Below, piece after piece: positions 20,067 to 28,189 of a stretch of DNA of 64,000 nucleotides (its first letter is position 1; every line of letters begins with the position of its first letter). The notes under the pieces were generated by a model that was not told the DNA's origin, did not search any database, and saw nothing but the letters and a program-made list of their open reading frames with translations. The translations under genes and the position numbers were made by a program. The DNA is taken from NCBI GenBank assembly GCA_963701965.1, contig OY969695.1, forward strand, positions 1,696,001-1,760,000, in the 5' to 3' direction. The stretch is from an uncultured Gemmatimonadales bacterium. Its GTDB lineage: Bacteria; Gemmatimonadota; Gemmatimonadetes; Gemmatimonadales; Gemmatimonadaceae.

Positions 20067-20987
20067 ATGCGCATTCTGATTCTCGGAGCGGGAGCGATCG
20101 GCGGATACTTCGGCGGACGCCTGCTCCAGGCCGGCCGCGACGTGACGTTTCTCGTGCGTCCCAAACGCGCCGCCCAGCTGGCCGAAACCGGCCTGGTCAT
20201 CCGGAGCCGGTTCGGCGACGCGACGGTGCCGCATCCACCCACGGTGCTCGCCGACACGCTGCGCGGGCCGTTCGATCTGGTGATCGTGAGCGCCAAGGCG
20301 TACGATCTGGAGAGCGCGATCCGCGATGTGGCGCCCGCCGTCGGACCCAAGACCGCCATTCTGCCATTGCTCAACGGACTGCGGCACATCGACGTCCTCG
20401 AGGCGCACTTTGGCGCGGGGCCGGTGCTCGGCGGACAGTGCCTGATCGCCGTGACGCTGGATGAGGCCGGACGCATCCTCCATCTCAACGAGAACCAGTC
20501 GATCACGTTTGGCGAGCGGGCCGGCGGACGGTCGGCCCGTATCGACGCGATTGCCGCCGCGCTCGGCGGCGCGACGTTCGACGCCCGCGTGAGCGAATCG
20601 ATCCTGTTGGACATGTGGGAGAAGTGGGTGTTCCTGGCCACGCTGGCGGGCGCCACATGCCTGATGCGCGCGCCCGTGGGGGATATCGTCTCGGCCGGCG
20701 GCGCCGCGTTCGGCGAACAGCTCCTCGCCGAGTGCGCCGCGATCGCCGCGGGGGCCGGCTATCGGCCGCGGCCGGCGTTGATCGATAACGCGCGCCAGAC
20801 CGTCACCGCACCGGGGTCCCCGCTCACCGCGTCAATGCTGCGCGACGTCGAGCGCGGCGCGCGCACCGAGGCGGATCACGTCATCGGCGATCTGCTCGCG
20901 CGCGCGGGGTCAACCGACCCCCGTCTCCTGCGACTCGTGGCGCTGAACCTGCGCGCCTATGACGCCCGCCGGTCCCGAACGGCGTAA
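20067..20987 (+). CDS. panE: 2-dehydropantoate 2-reductase (ketopantoate reductase family)
   Basis: ILGAGAIGG, KAYDL, LLNG, MWEKW, SMLRD...TEAD. Confidence 0.9.
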   Translation: MRILILGAGAIGGYFGGRLLQAGRDVTFLVRPKRAAQLAETGLVIRSRFGDATVPHPPTVLADTLRGPFDLVIVSAKAYDLESAIRDVAPAVGPKTAILPLLNGLRHIDVLEAHFGAGPVLGGQCLIAVTLDEAGRILHLNENQSITFGERAGGRSARIDAIAAALGGATFDARVSESILLDMWEKWVFLATLAGATCLMRAPVGDIVSAGGAAFGEQLLAECAAIAAGAGYRPRPALIDNARQTVTAPGSPLTASMLRDVERGARTEADHVIGDLLARAGSTDPRLLRLVALNLRAYDARRSRTA

Positions 20988-21024
20988 AAAAGCAAGGGAC
21001 CCGCGCCACGCGGGTCCCTTTGCT
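20986..21024 (-). terminator. Rho-independent terminator for pqqA (probably bidirectional)
   Basis: AGCAAGGGACCCGCG-cca-CGCGGGTCCCTTTGCT stem; the A6 tract at 20986-20991 gives a U-tail on the minus strand. Confidence 0.8.
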
Positions 21025-21041
21025 CGGCCTGGCAGTGCGCT

Positions 21042-21116
21042 TTAGCGCCGGGCCACGTACGCGGTGACTTCCATCGTCACTTCGACGACTTCGAATTCGG
21101 GTTTGGACCACGTCAT
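21042..21116 (-). CDS. pqqA: Pyrroloquinoline quinone precursor peptide PqqA (24 aa, MTWSKPEFEVVEVTMEVTAYVARR)
   Basis: Not in the ORF track; read manually. W-x-K-P-x-F leader and E-V-T-x-Y core of PqqA; GGAG RBS. Confidence 0.9.
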   Translation of the reverse strand: MTWSKPEFEVVEVTMEVTAYVARR

Positions 21117-21153
21117 CCTATGCTCCATTGGCTAGGGTTGCACCAGTTGTATA

Positions 21154-21169
21154 AGCACCCGGCGTGCCA
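21154..21169 (-). promoter_or_regulatory. Sigma54 (-24/-12) promoter of pqqA
   Basis: Minus strand TGGCACGCCGGGTGCT: GG-N10-GC spacing with consensus TGGCAC. Confidence 0.8.
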
Positions 21170-21197
21170 CGCGGGACCATTTGCGTAACACGCTTTC

Positions 21198-21210
21198 TTT
21201 CAGTCACTTA
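21198..21210. promoter_or_regulatory. IHF-like site between enhancer and sigma54 promoter
   Basis: TTTCAGTCACTTA resembles WATCAA-N4-TTR and lies in an AT-rich tract. Confidence 0.4.
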
Positions 21211-21247
21211 GATTGCGTGCTCGAGTATTCATGTGGGGACGATTGGG

Positions 21248-21282
21248 TGGGGGATTCGCCCCGAACTGGGTGAAATCACCCA
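21248..21282. promoter_or_regulatory. Tandem palindromes, probable enhancer (UAS) for the adjacent sigma54 activator
   Basis: TGGGGGATTCGCCCCG (21248-63) and TGGGTGAAATCACCCA (21267-82), about 80-115 bp upstream of the -24 box. Confidence 0.6.
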
Positions 21283-22628
21283 CTGATCCCGAATTTCTTG
21301 AGCCGATAGCGCAGCGTGTCGCGACTGATGCCGAGGCGGCTCGCCGCTTTGGTCTGGTTCCCTCCCGCCTCGCGCAGCGCCTGCTCGATCATGGAGCGCT
21401 CCCATTGGACCAGATCCACGCCGGCCGGTGGGCGGCTCTCGGGATCGCCGGGCGGCTCGACCAACGACAGATGCTCGGCATCAATGGCGGGCCCGCGACT
21501 CCACAGCACCGCGCGCTCAATGACGTGGCTCAGCTCGCGCACGTTCCCCGGCCATGAATAGGCGAGCAGCGCATCGCGCGCCGGGGGTGCGATCTCGCGC
21601 ACCTCGCGTCCGTACTTCGCGCTCGAGCGCCGGAGAAAGTCGCCGGCCAACAGCAACACGTCGTCGCCGCGCTCCCGGAGCGGCGGTAATCGCAGCAGGA
21701 TGACGGCGAGCCGGAAGTACAAGTCCTTCCGAAACTGCCCGCGCTGCGCCTCCCGCTCCAAATCGCGATTGGTCGCGGAGAGAATGCGCACGTCGACCTT
21801 GCGGTCGCGGACGCCGCCGACGCGCCGCACCATCCGCTCTTCGATCGCGCGCAACAGCTTGCCCTGCAGCGCCAGCTCGACGTCGCCGATCTCGTCGAGA
21901 AAGAGAAACCCGCCTTCGCCCGCCTCGAAGAGCCCGATCTTCGATTCCTTCGCGTCGGTGAACGCGCCGCGCTCGTGCCCGAACAACTCGGCTTCCATGA
22001 GCGTGGCAGGCAACGCCGTACAATTGACCTCGATGAACGGACGGGTCGCCCGCGGGCCGGACGCATGAATGCTGCGGGCGATCAACCCCTTCCCCGTGCC
22101 CGTCTCGCCGGTGATGAGGATCGGCGGCACATCGTCGAGAGCCGCGACCTGCGCGGCGCGGTCCAGCACCGCGCGCATCGCGGGCGACTCGCCGATGATG
22201 CCGGCGAACGGCATTTCGCGCTTCGTGCGCCCCCGGTAATAGGACAGCTCCTGGCGCATGAGCGCCTGCTGCCGCGCCCGATCGGCCAGCAGCTTGAGCT
22301 CATCGAGATCGACGGGCTTCTTGAGGTAGTCGAACGCCCCGCGCTTGACGGCGTCGACCGCGCCCTCGATCGTGCCGTAGGCCGTCATGATGATCACCGG
22401 CACCGCCGGATCGAACTCGCGGATGCGCTGCAACAACTCGATGCCGCTCATGCCGGGCAGACGCACGTCGAGGAACACGACGTCGGGTCGCACGCGCTCC
22501 AGCATCTCCAGCGCCTGCTCCGCCGTGCCGGCGACTTCCGCCTCGTACCCGGACTCGTTCAAAAAGGCCTTGATCGAACGGGCGAGGGTTCGCTCGTCGT
22601 CGACGATCAGCACCGTCGACCCGTTCAT
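21276..22628 (-). CDS. Sigma54-dependent response regulator (NtrC/AtoC family)
   Basis: REC (LIVDDE, FLDVRLPG), AAA+ (GETGTGK, GAFTDA, FLDEIG, WPGNVREL), Fis HTH (GGNQTKAASRLGISRDTL). Confidence 0.95.
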   Translation of the reverse strand: MNGSTVLIVDDERTLARSIKAFLNESGYEAEVAGTAEQALEMLERVRPDVVFLDVRLPGMSGIELLQRIREFDPAVPVIIMTAYGTIEGAVDAVKRGAFDYLKKPVDLDELKLLADRARQQALMRQELSYYRGRTKREMPFAGIIGESPAMRAVLDRAAQVAALDDVPPILITGETGTGKGLIARSIHASGPRATRPFIEVNCTALPATLMEAELFGHERGAFTDAKESKIGLFEAGEGGFLFLDEIGDVELALQGKLLRAIEERMVRRVGGVRDRKVDVRILSATNRDLEREAQRGQFRKDLYFRLAVILLRLPPLRERGDDVLLLAGDFLRRSSAKYGREVREIAPPARDALLAYSWPGNVRELSHVIERAVLWSRGPAIDAEHLSLVEPPGDPESRPPAGVDLVQWERSMIEQALREAGGNQTKAASRLGISRDTLRYRLKKFGISG

Positions 22629-24100
22629 GCGGCCGTCTCCGCCGGGAGCCAGACGCGCGCCGTGGTGCCCCCGCCTTCGCCGTGGCGACTGGCGATAGCG
22701 AGGCGGCCGCCGTTCTGCTCCACGTAGCGCTTCGCGATGGCCAGGCCCAGCCCCGTGCCTTCGGGGCGGGTCGTAAAGAAGGGCTCGCACACCGACGGGA
22801 GCACGCTCTCCGGAATGCCGCGCCCCGTGTCGCTGATCTCGACCGTGATCCCGCTGTCATCGGACCGCGCCGCGATCCGGAGCCGCCCGCCTTCCGGTCC
22901 CGGCATCGCGTCGATGGCGTTGGCGATGATCTCCAACAGCGCTTGCTCGATCTGCATGGGATCGACCCGAATGGGCGGCAACGTCGCCGCGACCTCCATA
23001 TCGAGCGTGATACCGTGCTCGCGCATCGGTCCCGCCACGGCGGGCAGCAGATCGTCGACCAGCGTGGCTACGTTTTCCCGCAACGGGTGAAAGGGAGCTG
23101 GCCGCGAGAAGCTCAACAAATGACCGACGCGGCGGTCGAGACGATCGACCTCGTCGATGATCGTCTGGAAATGCTCGCGCGCGTCGGGGACTGCGGCCCG
23201 GTGGAGCCCCAACTGCGCCGCCGCCCGCAGACTGGCCAGGGGATTCCGGAGGCCGTGCGCCACCGCGGCCGCCATTTCGCCGATCAATGCCAGGCGCTCC
23301 GACTGGACGAGCTGCGCCTGTTTTGCATCGAGCTCGGCGCGCGACAGCCGGAGCTTCTCGGTCATCTGGGCGAAGGCGCGGGCTAGCGTCCCCACTTCGT
23401 CCGACAATGTCACGTCGATGGGAGATGTGAGATTGCCGGCGCCCACCGCCACCATCGCATCGTTCAGGGCGCGGATCGGGCGCGTCAATCCGCGCGCGAT
23501 GAGCCACGATGCCACCACCCCCGTACCCAGCGCCAACACCAGCATCGCGATCAGGGTCCGGCGTTCGCCGGCGACGATGGCCGCCAGCTCCGCGTAGGCG
23601 CCGCGCACGCTCGACTCGCGTTGCCGCCGATAGACGTCGCGGTTGACATCCGCCAGAATTGGCATCAAGCCATTCCGAAGGTCGCGCGTCGCCAACTGAT
23701 AGGCGGCAACGCGCTGGCCGGAGTCATACAGCGTGAAGACCTGTCCCACGACGCGATCAATGGCGTTCTGCAGCGCGCGCACCGTGTCGGCGAGCCCCCG
23801 CTCATCGGGTCTCAGCTCGGACTGCCATCGTTGCTGCCAGTAGTTGATCACCTGACCGGTGACCTGATATTCCTTGCGGCCCTCGGGGCTCATGCCCGTC
23901 AGGTATCGCCACACGGCGTCCGTCTGCTTCGACATGATATCTTCGAGCTCGCCGTACGTGCGATTGCGCGCCATGTTCTCGCCGAGCGTCTCCAGCGCGG
24001 CGCGCTCCAGCAAGTTGATGCGAATGGCTTCGGCGGCGATCAGCAAAACCGGAATCGCCGTCAGCGAAAATCCGAGGAGCAGCTTGCGCTGAAAGGTCAT
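22625..24100 (-). CDS. Membrane sensor histidine kinase (periplasmic helical sensor, HAMP, HisKA, HATPase)
   Basis: Two TMs, HAMP (DEVGTLARAFAQM), H-box VAHGLRNPL, DTGRGI, PFFTT, GTGLGL. Confidence 0.93.
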   Translation of the reverse strand: MTFQRKLLLGFSLTAIPVLLIAAEAIRINLLERAALETLGENMARNRTYGELEDIMSKQTDAVWRYLTGMSPEGRKEYQVTGQVINYWQQRWQSELRPDERGLADTVRALQNAIDRVVGQVFTLYDSGQRVAAYQLATRDLRNGLMPILADVNRDVYRRQRESSVRGAYAELAAIVAGERRTLIAMLVLALGTGVVASWLIARGLTRPIRALNDAMVAVGAGNLTSPIDVTLSDEVGTLARAFAQMTEKLRLSRAELDAKQAQLVQSERLALIGEMAAAVAHGLRNPLASLRAAAQLGLHRAAVPDAREHFQTIIDEVDRLDRRVGHLLSFSRPAPFHPLRENVATLVDDLLPAVAGPMREHGITLDMEVAATLPPIRVDPMQIEQALLEIIANAIDAMPGPEGGRLRIAARSDDSGITVEISDTGRGIPESVLPSVCEPFFTTRPEGTGLGLAIAKRYVEQNGGRLAIASRHGEGGGTTARVWLPAETAA

Positions 24101-24194
24101 GCCGCCGGGGAGTCTCCAGGCCGAGCCTGTATCTTAACGCTCGGGCCGGCCCGGCGCGCGCTCACGGGCGACCATGGCCAGTACAGGCGCGGGG

Positions 24195-24692
24195 TCAGGC
24201 CAGCGAGACGGACCTCGCGCGCGTCTCGGCAATGAATGCGATGGGCGGCCCCACCAGCAGCATGTGGCCCGCGAGCTCGACGAAGAACACGACGGACATG
24301 ACGGGCACGGTCGTGGTGTGTCGCGATAGCGGCACCACAATGCGGTTCATCGCCAGCCATACAATGGCGCCAAACACGAGTCCGACCGCGACCGTGCCAC
24401 ACTCCATGTGCGTGAGCCGGCGGAGCCACGCCGACCTTTCCCATGTCACGAGGTAGACGGCGGCCCAGAAGAACGCGACGGCGCAATGCAATGCCAGTCC
24501 CAGCGCCGCTGCCGGCAGGCCGTCGTAGAAGGCCGATTCCCCGAGCAGCGCGGTGGCGATCGACTGAAAGAGCTGCTCGACATCGCACACTTTGAGAATG
24601 ACCACGAACAGCACCACGGCGAACGCGCCATCCAACAGCGCGACCACCGTGCCGGCAATGGCCAGACGCTCGCCCAGCGACCGGGGTGTCAT
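24195..24692 (-). CDS. Small four-TM membrane protein
   Basis: Four hydrophobic helices with FQSIA and GLALH motifs; divergent from the MocR regulator. Confidence 0.75.
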   Translation of the reverse strand: MTPRSLGERLAIAGTVVALLDGAFAVVLFVVILKVCDVEQLFQSIATALLGESAFYDGLPAAALGLALHCAVAFFWAAVYLVTWERSAWLRRLTHMECGTVAVGLVFGAIVWLAMNRIVVPLSRHTTTVPVMSVVFFVELAGHMLLVGPPIAFIAETRARSVSLA

Positions 24693-24716
24693 TCTGTCAG
24701 AAGCTAGACAATCGGG

Positions 24717-24761
24717 TGGTCTGCCTTGGAGAGCCAACTTCGCCTATTCCGGTGAGACCAA
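24717..24761. promoter_or_regulatory. Putative MocR-type binding boxes
   Basis: TGGTCT (24717) is inverted relative to AGACCA (24755), and GCCAA/ACCAA form a direct repeat 24 bp apart; this mixed arrangement is typical of MocR/GabR targets. Confidence 0.4.
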
Positions 24762-24776
24762 TTACCATTCACCGAC

Positions 24777-26253
24777 ATGGGAAGAAAACCCGGAGCTTCA
24801 GCCACAGTCTATTTCCAAGTCGACCAGGGCGGGGACACGCCCCTGCAACACCAGATATATAGTGGCATCCGCGACGCGATTCTGAAGGGCGCGCTCATCC
24901 CCGGCGCGCGGCTGCCGTCGTCTCGGTCGCTCGCTGACGAGCTTGGTGTCTCGCGCACGACGGTCGTCTTTGCCTTGGGTCAGTTGCAAGCCGAGGGGTG
25001 CGTGATCTCGGCCGGCGCGGCGGGGACGTTCGTGGCGCGCACGCTGCCCGACACCCTGCGCCGCGTGCGCCGGACGGGCGGCGGCGCGGTGCTCTCCCGG
25101 CTCGCGACGACGCTGCTCGAAGCGCCGCCGCCGGCCGTGCGCATTCCGGGGCCGCCGCGCCCGTTCCGCGTAGGGACGCCGGCCGTCGAGCAGTTCCCGG
25201 TCACCGTCTGGGCGAGGCTCGCTGCGCGTCGCCGTCGGAGCGTCTCGGCGTCGCTGCTCGACTACAGTGCCATGGGCGGGTATCGGCCCCTGCGCGAGGC
25301 GATCGCCGGACACGTGGCCGTCGGGCGGGGCGTACGGTGTGCGCCCGAGCAGGTCGTCATCATGGCCGGTGCGCAGCACGCCCTGACCTTTACCGCGCGC
25401 ATGTTGCTCGATCCGGGCGACAAGGCGTGGCTCGAGGAACCCGGGTACATCGGCGCCCGCCACGCGTTGATGGTTTCCGGCGCGACGATCGTGCCGGTCC
25501 CCGTCGACGCCGAGGGCCTCAACGTCGCGGCGGGCATCCGGCTCGCGCCGTCGGCGCGGATGGTCTATGTCTCCCCGTCGCATCAGCATCCCCTCGGCGT
25601 GTCGCTGAGTCTCACCCGGCGGCTGGCCCTGTTGCAGTGGGCGGCGCGCAGCGGCGCGTGGGTCATGGAGGACGACTACGACAGCGAGTACCGCTACGGC
25701 GGGCGGCCTATGCCCGCAATGTACGGCCTGGACACCTATGGTCGTGTCATCTACGTCGGCTCGTTCAGCAAGACAATGTTCCCCTCGCTCCGCCTGGGGT
25801 TCATTGTCGTGCCCGACGAGCTGGTCGACGCGTTCGCCGCCGCGCGGCCGAGGGTCGAGCAGCATCCGCCGACCTTGGATCAAGTCATTCTCGCCGATTT
25901 CATCACGGACGGACACTTCGCGCGGCACACGCGGCGCATGCGCCAGGTGTACGCCGAGCGGTACAATGCCATCCGTCGGGCGGCGGCGCGATATTGCCCC
26001 GAGACCATCGAGCTCTATCCCAGCGACACGGGGCTGCACGTCACCGGCGAGCTGCTGACCGTGCGGAGTGACGTGCGGGTGTCCGAATGCCGCGCGGCGG
26101 CGTGGCATCGAGGTCGGGCCGCTGTCACACTATTACTGCTCCGCTCTGGCCAAGCCGCGGCCCGGCGTCATCCTCGGATTCGCCGCCGTCGATCCCGCGC
26201 GCATCGCCGCCGGCATGCGCACGCTGGCCGAGGCCATTCGCGATCAGGCGTGA
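24777..26253 (+). CDS. MocR/GabR-family PLP-dependent regulator; +1 indel at ~26086
   Basis: GntR wHTH (LPSSRSLADELGVSRTTV) and aminotransferase domain (EDDYDSEY, GSFSKTMFPSLRLG). The C-terminus (GVILGFA) continues in ORF 26068..26253. Confidence 0.9.
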
Positions 26254-26462
26254 TTGCCAGGCCACGAGACCCGTGGCCTCGCGCGTCCGACGCCGCCCGC
26301 GGACACTCGTCGCCGCGAGACTGGCGATGGCGAGGATGGTGGCGATCGCCCAGATGAGACGCTGGCCCAGCCACAGGGACCAGCGGAGGACGCGGAGCAG
26401 TTGGATTCGTGTCATGGGAAGGGGATAGCCGGCCCGCGGCTTGCGTGTGCCATCCCCGCAAC

Positions 26463-27059
26463 GTGGACAGCATCCTGACGTACCTCGAGTCGCTGCCTCC
26501 CGTGGCGCTCTACATCGCGCTCGGGTTGGCCGCGGCAATGGAGAACGTCCTCCCGCCGCTGCCCACGGACAGCGTGGTGGCCTTTGGCGGGTTTCTCGCC
26601 GCTCGCGGCCAGGCCAGCGCGCTCGGGATATTTCTGGCGACCTGGACCGGAAATGTCGCCGGCGCCTGCGCCGTGTACGCCGTCTTTCGGCGCGTGGGTT
26701 GGGGGCAGCACCGGCTCATGCGCGAGAGCGGACGCTGGTCCGCGGCGCGGCTGCGCGCGCTCTACGATCGCTATGGGCTCGTCGCGTTGGCGCTGAGTCG
26801 ATTCGTGCCCGGCGCCCGCGCGCTCGTGCCGCCGCTCGCCGGATCCCTGCGCGTGGCGGCGCCGGGATTTGTCGGCGTCCTGGCGCTCGCCTCCGCCGTA
26901 TGGTATGGCGTCCTCACGTCGGTCGCCTATACCGCCGGCGCCAACTGGGAGACCGTCCAGTCTCGGATTGTCGCAATGGCGGACGGCTGGACGCTGGCGG
27001 CGGCGGGGATCGTGGCCGCGCTCGTGATCTGGTGGTGGCTCGCGCGGCGCCGGGCTTAG
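26463..27059 (+). CDS. DedA family membrane protein
   Basis: ENVLPPLPTDSVVAFGGFL, SRFVPGAR. Confidence 0.88.
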   Translation: MDSILTYLESLPPVALYIALGLAAAMENVLPPLPTDSVVAFGGFLAARGQASALGIFLATWTGNVAGACAVYAVFRRVGWGQHRLMRESGRWSAARLRALYDRYGLVALALSRFVPGARALVPPLAGSLRVAAPGFVGVLALASAVWYGVLTSVAYTAGANWETVQSRIVAMADGWTLAAAGIVAALVIWWWLARRRA

Positions 27060-27061
27060 CC

Positions 27062-28114
27062 CTATTCGACGCCCAGGTTGGCGATGATCTCGTGGAAGGC
27101 CGCCGGCGCAATGCGTTGCGCGGCCGCCGCCCGCCGGCCGGCATCGAATTCCGGCGCGCTCAGATCGCCGGTGTCGACAGCGCGCGCGAGTACCGCGACT
27201 TCCGTCAATTTCTCCTGGCCGAACGTCAGCCATGTCCTGACCTCCGCGTCGAATCGCCACGGGCCCGACATCTCGGCGGGCACATAGCGGAGAGAGCACG
27301 ACGGCGCGACCCACAGCCGCTCCGTGCCGCGCGTGTACGCGATCCGCTCGAGCGTGCGGTACGCGCCTTCAATGTCGGTGCGCCACACCGTACGGCCATC
27401 AATGACCCCGGCCGAGAGGACGCGATCGTGCGGCAACGCGCGCAGAATGCCGTCCAGCTGCTCGGGAGCCCGCACGAGATCGACGTGCAAGCCGGCCACC
27501 GGGAACAATGCGGCAAGGGCAATGTTGTCGCCAAGGCCGCCGAAATACGTGGCGACCAAGAGCTTCGGCGCGCCGGGCATGCCGGCCAACACCGCGTACG
27601 CCCATCCATAGGCCGCCTGGGCATCGGGCGAGATGTCCGTGACGAGCATGGGTTCATCGAGCTGCACCCAGGTCGCTCCCTCGCGCGCCAGGCGGCTGAT
27701 CGCCTCGGCATAGATCGCCATCACCTGGTCGAGGATCTCGAGCCGCGGCGCGTCCCCCATCGTCGCCAAGAGGAGGAACGAGATAGGCCCCAGTAGTACC
27801 GGCCGGGTGTCTATGCCCAGTGCCAGGGCCTCGCGATACTCGGCCACTGGCTTGGAGACGTCGAGCGCCAGCGCATCCCGCGTCAGCTGCGGCACGACGT
27901 ACTGGTCCCTGGTGTCGAACCATGGCGCGCGCGTGAGAGCGCCCGGTTCCCCGTCGCGGACGGCGCCGACCATGCGAGCGGTCTCGAGCACGGGATCGCA
28001 CGTCGCGCAATCATTGCTCGGTATGCCCACGATCCCGCTGTCGCGCTGAATCTCCCAACGGCGCCGCCGGGAGCCATCCATCCGGAACGCGCCGAGATTG
28101 GCAGCAATGGTCAT
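27062..28114 (-). CDS. Stand-alone, degenerate N-terminal barrel of cobalamin-independent methionine synthase (MetE_N)
   Basis: IPSND, WFDT..YVVP, RPVLLGPISFL, WVQLDEP, ATYFG, GVIDGRTVW, VAPSCSL, EKLTEV. Stops before the catalytic C-terminal barrel. Confidence 0.8.
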   Translation of the reverse strand: MTIAANLGAFRMDGSRRRRWEIQRDSGIVGIPSNDCATCDPVLETARMVGAVRDGEPGALTRAPWFDTRDQYVVPQLTRDALALDVSKPVAEYREALALGIDTRPVLLGPISFLLLATMGDAPRLEILDQVMAIYAEAISRLAREGATWVQLDEPMLVTDISPDAQAAYGWAYAVLAGMPGAPKLLVATYFGGLGDNIALAALFPVAGLHVDLVRAPEQLDGILRALPHDRVLSAGVIDGRTVWRTDIEGAYRTLERIAYTRGTERLWVAPSCSLRYVPAEMSGPWRFDAEVRTWLTFGQEKLTEVAVLARAVDTGDLSAPEFDAGRRAAAAQRIAPAAFHEIIANLGVE

Positions 28115-28189
28115 TCCTGCCAGCAACGTAAATAGTGCACGGGTGACCGTGCAACTGGCGTCGCGACCTGGCCGGGGCGATAATGGCGC

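Noticed and set aside
21940..21975. GAFTDA instead of GAFTGA as a sign of a sigma54-independent activator
   Set aside because: GAFTDA is a common natural variant, and a good sigma54 promoter lies next to the gene.
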